NCBI GenBank assembly: GCA_038886995.1 | Contig: JAWALG010000003.1 | Location: forward strand, 1-46,342 | DNA: 46,342 bases | Origin: Candidatus Iainarchaeum sp. | Lineage (GTDB): Archaea; Iainarchaeota; Iainarchaeia; Iainarchaeales; DTGL01 | Direction: 5' to 3' | In this document: in pieces, positions 1 to 8,100 of the stretch | Position numbering within the stretch: position 1 is the first letter of the stretch | How the letters are laid out: every line of letters begins with the position of its first letter | Position numbers and translations under genes: made by a program | The notes under the pieces: model-generated | The model's input: only the letters and a program-made list of their open reading frames with translations | Database searches by the model: none | What the model was told of the DNA's origin: nothing

Positions 1-102
1 CCCGCTGGAGGTTTTATTTCGGTTGCTGGAGGTCATAGGAACCCGCTGGAGGTTTTATTTCGGTTGCTGGAGGTCATAGGAACCCGCTGGAGGTTCCTAT
101 GA
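1..102. repeat. 41-bp tandem repeat (2 full copies + partial) with five GCTGGAGGT cores and a terminal 11-bp inverted repeat
   Basis: Units 1-41 and 42-82 are identical; 83-95 is a partial copy. GCTGGAGGT starts at 4, 25, 45, 66 and 86. TCATAGGAACC (74-84) and GGTTCCTATGA (92-102) form a dyad. The array may continue left of the window. Confidence 0.9.
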
Positions 103-103
103 G

Positions 104-118
104 GGAAAGTTTTTATAT
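104..118 (+). promoter_or_regulatory. Putative archaeal BRE/TATA promoter
   Basis: GGAAAG-TTTTTATAT lies about 30 nt upstream of the ATG at 148. Confidence 0.55.
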
Positions 119-147
119 TTGATATGTGTAATATAGATTGGATTTGA

Positions 148-2235
148 ATGCCAGAGACAGAAGAAAAAAGGCGTGCGATAATACTTGATACTGTAAAAAA
201 GTTAATAAGCCTCGACTTATCGGATGAAGAAATAGTAAAGAACCTTCAAGACGTAGGCATAAGCGAAAAAGAGGCAAAAGAGCTAATAGCACAAGCTAAG
301 TCCGAAGGGGTTACAACAGAAACAAAGGCTAGTTCTGAAAAAAAATTAGATAAGGGGTTGCCAAGTGGTTTCGAAAGCAAGGCAATTGAACTTTGGCAAA
401 ACGCAGTAATAAACATGGTAAATAAGAAAGTTGAAGAAAAAACAGCAGCTCAGTTCGAGGCAGAAAAAAATAAGCTAATTGCGCTTATTGACTCAAAGAT
501 TGTATTCACAACTCAAAAAATAATGAGCGATATAGAACAAAAGCAGAAAGAAATGGAAGAGATTCTAAACGTTAAGATAGCTGAGATCAAGACAATGGCT
601 GAAAAACACAGCCAGATAGTTGAAGAATTGAAAAATGTGACTGCAGACAAGGATAAGTTATTGGAAGAGTTATCTGAAGCAAAAAAGAATGTAGATGCAG
701 CCAAAGAGGAAGCTGAGCTGCTAAAAGAATCCCTTGAAAGAGATATCAAAGAGCGCGTAGCAGAAGTAATGAAAGAGATCGACGAGAAAAGCGAAAAAAT
801 GGCAAAAGAGGTTTCATCTGCTACGCTAAACAAAATAAACAAGCTTGAGGGCGACCTTGCGAGCATGAGATACAGCATAAAGAAGGTTAGTGAAGATGCC
901 AGAGCAGAGCTTGAGAATGCAGCGATGGATATAAAAGCCAGAATTACAAAGGAAATAAATCAGCTGATGGAAAAAAAGGTTGGTGAAGCTGGGCAAGAGA
1001 TAAATGTTATAAAGCAGACACTCGTAACAGAAGTAGAAGACGCTTTGGCAAAGTCAAGAATGGACACTAAGCAATTTTTAAGGAAAGCACAGCAGGAAAT
1101 AAGCCGTTTAGATACGCGTGTTGTCAAAACACTTGAGCTTGAGTCAGAAGTTATTGAAGACCTTCTTAAAGAAGCCGCAAATCACATAGAGAGTATGAAA
1201 ATAGCCACAAGAGATGAACTTGTGGCTGAAATAAACAAGCACCTTGAAGAGCTTGAAGCAATGAAGAGAGAAATAAATCCTGAGGCAATAAAGTCAAAGA
1301 TGGCTGAGCTAGAGCAGATGAAGAAACAGATTCCAAAAGACATTGAGCAGATAGCCAAAGAAAAGCTTGGTTCGTTGGAAAAGGAGTATACTGCAAAAAT
1401 AAGCGCAAAAATATCAGAGATTGAAGCAAAGATGGGTGAAACAGAAGATGTTGTTGAGGAAATTGTGCACTCCGCAGACCTCAAGGCAAAAGAGCTTGAA
1501 AAGCTTGACGAAGTTCTAAACACAAAAACAATAGCCCATATAAATCAGATGGAAAAGGACTACAAAAGCAGAATGAACGAACTTACAAAGGACATCGAAG
1601 CAGCGAAGAAGGACTACTCTAGGCTCATAGAAGAAACCAGCAAGCTAAAGGAAGAGCTGGAAAAAGCAAAGTTAGAATTAGAAAATGAGGCTAAATCAAA
1701 TAAAGAGTTCTTGCTTGCTGCCATCGATAAAATAAGGGCTGAAGACAAAGCAAGGGTAGAGGAGTTCATAAACGGTATAGAAAATGGGATTATAAAAAGA
1801 TGCGAAAGAGTTTTGAAAGGGTTTGAGGGGTACACCACAATGGACTTAAACAGATTAAAGCAAACTATTGTTAGGGAGTCACTAAAAGAAATGCAAAAAG
1901 AGCTTGAGGATAAGAAAGAGGAATTTGAGAAAGAGATGAAAGCATTACAGCAGAAGATAAGCAAAGAAGCAGCAAGCTTAGACCTTGAGAAAGTAAAGAG
2001 TGAGGTTGAAGCCGTTACTGTGTTTAGGGAACAGTTTGTGAAGGTGCTTGATGGCCACATTGAGAAGTTCAATGAGAAGATACAAAAATTCAATGAAACA
2101 GTAAACCAAATGGATGCACAATACAAAGAAAGAGTAAAGCTTATTGACGAAAAGATAGAAGAACTAAACAAGTTTGAAAAGAACTTTGCAAAAATAATCG
2201 GGCTTAGCTTAGACACACTTGTTGAGAAAAAGTAG
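148..2235 (+). CDS. Long coiled-coil protein with a small N-terminal helical domain, function unknown
   Basis: 695 aa, E/K-rich heptad pattern throughout, no Walker motifs, no TM segment. Confidence 0.8.
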   Translation: MPETEEKRRAIILDTVKKLISLDLSDEEIVKNLQDVGISEKEAKELIAQAKSEGVTTETKASSEKKLDKGLPSGFESKAIELWQNAVINMVNKKVEEKTAAQFEAEKNKLIALIDSKIVFTTQKIMSDIEQKQKEMEEILNVKIAEIKTMAEKHSQIVEELKNVTADKDKLLEELSEAKKNVDAAKEEAELLKESLERDIKERVAEVMKEIDEKSEKMAKEVSSATLNKINKLEGDLASMRYSIKKVSEDARAELENAAMDIKARITKEINQLMEKKVGEAGQEINVIKQTLVTEVEDALAKSRMDTKQFLRKAQQEISRLDTRVVKTLELESEVIEDLLKEAANHIESMKIATRDELVAEINKHLEELEAMKREINPEAIKSKMAELEQMKKQIPKDIEQIAKEKLGSLEKEYTAKISAKISEIEAKMGETEDVVEEIVHSADLKAKELEKLDEVLNTKTIAHINQMEKDYKSRMNELTKDIEAAKKDYSRLIEETSKLKEELEKAKLELENEAKSNKEFLLAAIDKIRAEDKARVEEFINGIENGIIKRCERVLKGFEGYTTMDLNRLKQTIVRESLKEMQKELEDKKEEFEKEMKALQQKISKEAASLDLEKVKSEVEAVTVFREQFVKVLDGHIEKFNEKIQKFNETVNQMDAQYKERVKLIDEKIEELNKFEKNFAKIIGLSLDTLVEKK

Positions 2236-2308
2236 TGGGCCCGGGCAGAATTGAACTGCCGACCTCCTCCGTGTCAGGGAGGTGTCATAGCCACTAGACC
2301 ACAGGCCC
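2236..2308 (-). tRNA. tRNA-Val(GAC)
   Basis: Reverse complement folds as GGGCCTG...CGGGCCC-A; anticodon arm CCTCC-CTGACAC-GGAGG; T-loop TTCAATT; CCA not encoded. Confidence 0.95.
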
Positions 2309-2361
2309 TTACAATGATTTTGATGCACAATTAATTTAAAAACTTGCCACGATTGAGAGGA

Positions 2362-3315
2362 CTAATCATTTATTTCGGCCAACTTCTGGCAAGTATCGCA
2401 AATTTCTTTTGTGCTTGGTTCGCCACAAACTTTGCATTCTTTCAACTGAAACCCAGAGAAGAGGTTTGAAGAAAGAAATTTTTCTCTTATGCTCGTATAA
2501 AAATTCCAAAGGGAATATTTTGTGCCTGGATAGTGTTCATCAAGTTTGTCCAACACATCTCTGTAAATATTCCTCTTAGCTTTTCCCTTATAGGGGCAGC
2601 AAGTACCAGAGTAGTGTCTTATGCCAACATAATTAGCGTAGAGGAAGATCTCCGCTTCTGGAATTTCACATATTGGCTTTATCCTTTGGACAAAGCCAGG
2701 AATTTGCTTAATGCCAGACACAGGACCTGATCTAAAAAACCTTGCAATGTCATTATCACAGGCATTCATCAGTATGCTCTGCAATTCATCATCAAGGTTA
2801 TGCCCAGTTATAAGCTTATCCGCCTCAAGTTTTTTTGCATATTTGTTCATTATTGTCCTGCGCATAGTGCCGCAAAACGAGCACATTGAGCCATAGTTTT
2901 TTCCAGATTTGCTGATTTTTTTACTAATTTTGCTCATTGTTGTGCCAAACTCGTCTTTAAAGCGCACCTTCTTAAAAGGTATTCCCCAAGCTTTGCATTG
3001 GGCTGCTGCAATTTTTAAGGCCTTATCTCGGTAACCGGCTATGCCTTCATCTATTAGAAGTGCTGCTATTTTGTTTTGTTTTCCAAAATATTTTTTTGTT
3101 AGGTAAAGTGCAGTAAGTGAATCCTTGCCGCCGCTTACTGCTACAACAAGGTGTTCATTCTTTCTTATGAGAGAATATTTCCTTACAGTCCTTCTGAACC
3201 TCTTTTCAGTGAGCTGGATGAAATGTTTTTCGCAAAACTTTTGTGGGCCATATGGAAGATACACTGAAGCTTCTTCGTTGCATTTTAGGCATTTGTCTCC
3301 TTTCTTTAAACCCAT
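2362..3315 (-). CDS. ttuA: tRNA 2-thiolation protein, TtuA/NcsA/Ncs6 family
   Basis: N-terminal CxxC...CxxH zinc finger, PP-loop SGGKDS, CSFC, GHNLDD, CPY, C-terminal CxxC-CxxC. Start moved to the Met at 3315. Confidence 0.88.
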   Translation of the reverse strand: MGLKKGDKCLKCNEEASVYLPYGPQKFCEKHFIQLTEKRFRRTVRKYSLIRKNEHLVVAVSGGKDSLTALYLTKKYFGKQNKIAALLIDEGIAGYRDKALKIAAAQCKAWGIPFKKVRFKDEFGTTMSKISKKISKSGKNYGSMCSFCGTMRRTIMNKYAKKLEADKLITGHNLDDELQSILMNACDNDIARFFRSGPVSGIKQIPGFVQRIKPICEIPEAEIFLYANYVGIRHYSGTCCPYKGKAKRNIYRDVLDKLDEHYPGTKYSLWNFYTSIREKFLSSNLFSGFQLKECKVCGEPSTKEICDTCQKLAEIND

Positions 3316-3423
3316 TTTGGCATTCTTTACCAATATAAAAGGTGTCTCACAGCCCATACCAAAACCTTTAAATTAATTCCTTAGAAGAAATAATTAAATT
3401 AAGAATCTCGTTTTGTTTTTCTG

Positions 3424-3987
3424 GTGGTTTATTTGAGCGCAACAAAGCAGATAGCAAAAACAATTAGGAAAGAGTACATGGAAGAAAAAGGGGTCTATAA
3501 TTATAAGGCCATTAAAAAGAATAAGACACTTGCTTACAGGCAAACAGAAGAAGCAGTAAGTAGGATTGACAAACCCTCAAACCTGCCAAGGGCAAAAAGT
3601 TTAGGCTACAAAGCAAAAAAGGGCTTTATAGTTGTAAGGGTGAGGGTCAAGCGCGGTGGCGGCGCACATAAAAGGCCACGCTCTGGAAGAAGACCAAAAC
3701 GCATGGGTGTTAATAAGCTAACTAGGAATATAAGCAAGCAAAGGATTGCTGAGCTGCGCGCAAGCAGCAAGTACCCTAACTGCGAAGTTCTGAATTCTTA
3801 TTATGTGGGTGAAGACGGAAAGCACAAATATTACGAAGTAATATTGGTTGACAGAAACGCGCCAGAGATAAAAGCAGACAAAAATATTAGCTGGATATGT
3901 AGCTCAAAACACCGCGGAAGAGCTGAAAGAGGCCTTACAAGCAAGGCGAAGAGAGAAAGAAGGGGTAAAAGTAAAAAAGGAAAATAA
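3424..3987 (+). CDS. rpl15e: 50S ribosomal protein eL15
   Basis: [49 protein letters not shown]. Alternative TTG start at 3433. Confidence 0.95.
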   Translation: MVYLSATKQIAKTIRKEYMEEKGVYNYKAIKKNKTLAYRQTEEAVSRIDKPSNLPRAKSLGYKAKKGFIVVRVRVKRGGGAHKRPRSGRRPKRMGVNKLTRNISKQRIAELRASSKYPNCEVLNSYYVGEDGKHKYYEVILVDRNAPEIKADKNISWICSSKHRGRAERGLTSKAKRERRGKSKKGK

Positions 3988-4051
3988 GTTGCTAAACATC
4001 AAAAATACTTAAAAAATATTAGCATCACTGCTTTTAATAATCGGTGCTATA

Positions 4052-5143
4052 ATGCTTGTTAAAGTTGGTAAAACTAAAAAATGGTTTACTGCGAGTTGGT
4101 TTGAAAAGGGCACTGTGAAGGTGATTGATCAGAGGTTGCTTCCTTTTGAGTTCAACATAATAACTCTTAAGAACCACAGGGAAACTGCCTCTGCAATCAG
4201 GGACATGGCTGTAAGAGGTGCTGGGTCAATAGGTGCTGCTGCTGCTTTTGCTTGCGCACAGGCGGTTCTTGAATGCAAGCAAGAGAAAAATTGGATGGCA
4301 AAAGTTTCTGGCTCTTTTCAAACAATTGCAAAAACAAGGCCCACTGCAAGAGACCTTTTTTATGCGGTTGAACGCATAGGGGAAAATATTTACGGGAAAA
4401 ATTTGCAAGAAGCAAAAAAGGCAGCGGTTGATGAGGCCATAAAGATTGGAAGAGAATATGAAAAAAATGGCAAATTGATAGGCAAGCATGGATCAAAGCT
4501 CATAAAAAATAATTATGGAATTCTAACTCATTGCAATGCTGGTTGGCTAGCGCTTCATGATTGGGGCTCTGCTTTAGCACCAATGTACTTTGCAAAGCAT
4601 TCTGGAAAAAGATTTTTCGTTTTTGTGGATGAGACAAGGCCTAGGCTGCAAGGCGCAAAGCTTACATCTTGGGAGCTCCTCAATGAAGGTATCAAGCATG
4701 CGATAATAGCAGACAATGCTGCTGGCTTCTTTATGCAGCAAGGAAAAATTGATATTTGCATTGTTGGTGCTGACAGGATTGCTTCAAATGGTGACTTTGC
4801 AAACAAGATTGGCACATACGAGAAAGCGGTCCTTGCAAAAGAAAACGGCATTCCTTTTTATGTTGCTGCACCAAAAAGCACCTTTGATTTGGAATGCAAA
4901 AACGGAAGAAATATAGAGATAGAACATAGGCCTAGCGAAGAATTGCTTTTTGTGGATGGGTTTGACGGACGCCAAAGGAAGGTAAGAGTTGCGGCTTTTG
5001 GGGCTGAAGCATTAAACCCAGTGTTTGATGTTACGCCTGCAAAGTATGTTAGTGGCATAATAACTGAAAAAGGCATAATTAAGCCGAAAAAAAGCGATAT
5101 AAGAAAGGTGTTGAGGTTTGAGAAAAGACATCGTGCCGAGTGA
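4052..5143 (+). CDS. mtnA: S-methyl-5-thioribose-1-phosphate isomerase (eIF2B-related family)
   Basis: IDQRLLP, VRGAG, RPTA, THCNAG, DETRPRLQGAKLTSWEL, GADRI, NKIGTY, NPVFDVTP. Confidence 0.88.
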   Translation: MLVKVGKTKKWFTASWFEKGTVKVIDQRLLPFEFNIITLKNHRETASAIRDMAVRGAGSIGAAAAFACAQAVLECKQEKNWMAKVSGSFQTIAKTRPTARDLFYAVERIGENIYGKNLQEAKKAAVDEAIKIGREYEKNGKLIGKHGSKLIKNNYGILTHCNAGWLALHDWGSALAPMYFAKHSGKRFFVFVDETRPRLQGAKLTSWELLNEGIKHAIIADNAAGFFMQQGKIDICIVGADRIASNGDFANKIGTYEKAVLAKENGIPFYVAAPKSTFDLECKNGRNIEIEHRPSEELLFVDGFDGRQRKVRVAAFGAEALNPVFDVTPAKYVSGIITEKGIIKPKKSDIRKVLRFEKRHRAE

Positions 5144-5651
5144 GGAAGAGTGTCTTAAGATACTAAAGGCACACGATGTGCCAGAGAACATAATAAAACA
5201 CTCAATTAAAGTAAAAGAGCTTGCGCTTGAAATATGCGAAATGCTAAAAAGCCGTGGCATAGAAGTGAATGAAAAGCTTGTCGTTGCTGGCGCATTACTT
5301 CACGACTTAGATAAAGCAAAGACACTAAATTCTGAAAAAGGGTACCACGGAAAGGTTGCGGCAGAAGAACTTGAAAAGCTCGGCATGAAAAGTGTTGCTA
5401 GCATTGTTAGAAAACACCTTCTTGAGAACCTACTGCGTGGCGAGATAAAAACGATTGAGGAAAAAATAATATTCTATGCGGATAAAAGAGTGCAAGACGA
5501 TAAAGTGGTAAGCTTGGATGAAAGGTTTGAATACTTGAAAAAAAGGTATGGTTTAAAAGACAGTTCAATTATGAAAATTATATGTGAAAGCTACCCAAAA
5601 GTTGTTGAGCTTGAAAAGGAGTTGGTTAGTTGGAAAAAAAGCTTAAGTTAG
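5118..5651 (+). CDS. HD-domain metal-dependent phosphohydrolase
   Basis: H...GALLHDLDK...H...H...YADKR pattern. Confidence 0.85.
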   Translation: MRKDIVPSEEECLKILKAHDVPENIIKHSIKVKELALEICEMLKSRGIEVNEKLVVAGALLHDLDKAKTLNSEKGYHGKVAAEELEKLGMKSVASIVRKHLLENLLRGEIKTIEEKIIFYADKRVQDDKVVSLDERFEYLKKRYGLKDSSIMKIICESYPKVVELEKELVSWKKSLS

Positions 5652-6160
5652 TGCTTATTGAGTTGATACTGCTTTGTGCGCTCATGGCTGGCGGCATTGT
5701 CAGTGAATTAAGTGGCAACCAATATTTAATTTTTTATGCAATGGCTTGCGTTGTTGCATTTGTTGCAGTTCTTTATTTGCTTAAAAGGGAAACCGGGCCT
5801 GATTTTTGGAGATATGCTGCATACTTTTTTATTATGCTCTTGCTCGTTATCTATGCATTAATTGCTGTTCAGTCACTTAGGGAAAACCTGTTGGATTTGA
5901 GACCTGTCCTTTTGGTAATTATTGGCCTTTTATCCGTAAACCTGATATTTAGGTCTTTTTTTGCAAAGGACTTTGTTGATGGCAAAGTGTTGCTCTGTGA
6001 TGGTGAGCTTGCTGCTGTCGAAATTGGGTTTGACCTTTTTGCAGCTGTAAATCCTGGAAAATACATAGTGCAATGTGACAAGAAGTTCAAAAAGGGAGGT
6101 ATTGTCAAGGTAAAAATAAAAAAAGGTTTCTTCAAAAGAGTGCCAGAAAAGGCCTATTAG
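5630..6160 (+). CDS. Membrane protein, DUF2101-like
   Basis: Four TM helices, then a soluble beta-rich tail (DGKVL...VEIGFDLFAAVNPGKYIV...GGIVKVKIKKGFF...P) resembling archaeal DUF2101. Confidence 0.6.
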   Translation: MEKKLKLVLIELILLCALMAGGIVSELSGNQYLIFYAMACVVAFVAVLYLLKRETGPDFWRYAAYFFIMLLLVIYALIAVQSLRENLLDLRPVLLVIIGLLSVNLIFRSFFAKDFVDGKVLLCDGELAAVEIGFDLFAAVNPGKYIVQCDKKFKKGGIVKVKIKKGFFKRVPEKAY

Positions 6161-6198
6161 ATATGAAATAAAATATTTTTGTTTTAGATGAATATTTA

Positions 6199-6561
6199 AT
6201 GCTGCTGAGAGAGTGCCTAATAGGCAGAATTGCTTTAGTTTGCGCCATAGCTGGCATTATTTTGCTTTTTGTATACTCCAGCACAGAGTCACCAGTCAAA
6301 ACAAAAATATCTCAAATAAATCAAAGAAGCGTTGGCACTAAAGTTGAAGTAGACGCATTTGTGTCATCAAGCAGGGTTTCAAATAATGTCTTGATTTTTG
6401 AGCTTGATGATGGGGCAAAAATTTTAGGTGTCTATTTTAACCCGGGGATTGAGGAAAAAATTATTTTGAGGAAGGGCAACTTCGTGCGCGTATTTGGAAG
6501 AATAAGTGAGTATAAAGGCAGTATTGAGATCGTTGCAGAAAAGGTGTTGCTTCTTGATTGA
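6199..6561 (+). CDS. Membrane-anchored OB-fold nucleic-acid-binding protein
   Basis: N-terminal TM helix, then an RPA/tRNA_anti-type OB pattern (GTKVEVDAFV...FELDDG...KGNFVRVFGRISEYKGSIEIVAEKV). Confidence 0.75.
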   Translation: MLLRECLIGRIALVCAIAGIILLFVYSSTESPVKTKISQINQRSVGTKVEVDAFVSSSRVSNNVLIFELDDGAKILGVYFNPGIEEKIILRKGNFVRVFGRISEYKGSIEIVAEKVLLLD

Positions 6562-7735
6562 GCTTCTCATTTGGATTTTAGCAGGTTGTTGCTGTGGGGT
6601 TATAACAGGAACATTACCTGGCCTTCATGTAAATACTCTAGCTTTCCTTCTTATGCTCGCTTTTGCAGATATGCCGACAGGAATTGCTGCCTTTATTGTT
6701 TCAATGGCTGTCACTCATAGTTTCTACGATTTTATTCCAAGCATAGTTCTTGGTGTTCCGGATGAAGACAACTACCTTAGCGTATTACCTGGCCACAGGT
6801 ACTTTTTAAAAGGTCTTGCCTATAAGGCAATAATGCTCACAGCCATTGGTGGCCTTTTAGGGACTATTTTTCTTTCGTTGATTGCACCATTATTCATCTT
6901 TTTTGTTGAAAATGCAAAGAACTTTATGCCAATTTTCATACCGTGGATACTTGTTCTTGTATTGGTTTTAGTTGTTCTTGCTTCGAAGCGAAAAGCACAG
7001 ACGGCTTTTGTAGTACTAATGTCTGCGCTTTTGGGCATAGCAGTCATTACTAATTTGTCAATGAAAAATGGTGTAACGGCTATTGTTTTGGGGATTTTTT
7101 CTATGAGTACTCTTCTGATATCACTTTCAGGAAGAAGTTGCTTGAGAAAACAAAAACTATACTTGGGAAAGATGGGGGCAGAAAACGCATTACAGGGTTC
7201 TTTGCTTGCTGTGATTGGCTCCGCTATTGTTTCAGTGCTTCCAAGCATGGGGCCAAACCATGCTGCCTTTATCTTGAGAAAGATCTTTGGCAAAATAAAA
7301 AATGAGGCATATATGGTTATGATTGGAGGAATAAACACTTGCAACCTGCTTTTTTCACTCTTAGTTCTGCAGATGGTTGGGAAAACGAGGACTGGAGTGG
7401 CGCTTGCGTTAAGGCCTTTTGTGGAAAATAATTCGAATGCGCTTATTCTTTTCGTTGGTGTTGGTTTTGTTGCAGCGTCTTTTTCAGTGATAAGCATAAG
7501 CTTTATAGCAAAACAGATACTGAAAAACCTGCCAAAAGTGCCCTACAAGAAATTGAATGCAGCAACATTTTTTGGAATATGTGTTTTTATACTGCTTTTT
7601 GGCGGCCTCTTTGAGCTTATTGTCTCACTTGTGGCCTGTGCAATTGGCATCTATGCAGCGACAGCAAAGGTTGCAAGAAGCAGTTGCATGGCTTTTTTAA
7701 TTGTGCCAACCATTATAGTGTACTTGGGTCTTTGA
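6554..7735 (+). CDS. TctA-like (DUF112) multi-pass membrane permease
   Basis: GTLPGLHVN, DFIPSIVLGVP, SVLPGH motifs and many TM helices. TTG start at 6554 with an AGGTG SD. Confidence 0.82.
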   Translation: MIELLIWILAGCCCGVITGTLPGLHVNTLAFLLMLAFADMPTGIAAFIVSMAVTHSFYDFIPSIVLGVPDEDNYLSVLPGHRYFLKGLAYKAIMLTAIGGLLGTIFLSLIAPLFIFFVENAKNFMPIFIPWILVLVLVLVVLASKRKAQTAFVVLMSALLGIAVITNLSMKNGVTAIVLGIFSMSTLLISLSGRSCLRKQKLYLGKMGAENALQGSLLAVIGSAIVSVLPSMGPNHAAFILRKIFGKIKNEAYMVMIGGINTCNLLFSLLVLQMVGKTRTGVALALRPFVENNSNALILFVGVGFVAASFSVISISFIAKQILKNLPKVPYKKLNAATFFGICVFILLFGGLFELIVSLVACAIGIYAATAKVARSSCMAFLIVPTIIVYLGL

Positions 7736-8100
7736 TGCTAAAGATAAAAAGGCAGGTGTTGGATGGTATTGCTGAAGCAGCAAAAAACACTTATCCGAGG
7801 GAGTTCTTTGCGCTGCTTGGAAAGGATAAAAAAGGTGTTATTGAGGAGCTAATAATTGTTCCTTCAACATACGGCAAAACACATGTTTTGGTTAAATCGC
7901 ACTTGATACCAATAGATTCTAAGATAGCTGGTTCGGTGCATTCACACCCAATCAGCTCATTGAAACCAAGCAAAGAAGACATAAGTTCATTTCCAAATTT
8001 TGGAGAAGTACATTTAATTATATCTTGGCCTTTTCGTATTGAGGATGTGAAAGCTTACGATGTGTTTGGCAAGGAAATTCCTTGGGTGATAGTAGAATGA
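7735..8100 (+). CDS. JAMM/MPN+ (JAB) metalloprotease
   Basis: YPREF...GSVHSHP...PSKED. The ATG overlaps the upstream TGA. Confidence 0.88.
   Translation: MLKIKRQVLDGIAEAAKNTYPREFFALLGKDKKGVIEELIIVPSTYGKTHVLVKSHLIPIDSKIAGSVHSHPISSLKPSKEDISSFPNFGEVHLIISWPFRIEDVKAYDVFGKEIPWVIVE

Noticed and set aside
1-102. CRISPR array
   Set aside because: The units are identical and contiguous with no unique spacers, and no cas genes are present.
148-2235. SMC/Rad50 call for the coiled-coil protein
   Set aside because: No Walker A/B, signature motif, hinge or zinc hook.
4052-5143. Ribose-1,5-bisphosphate isomerase or eIF2B subunit
   Set aside because: The N-terminal DQRLLP segment, THCNAG and QGAKLTSWEL motifs are MtnA-type.
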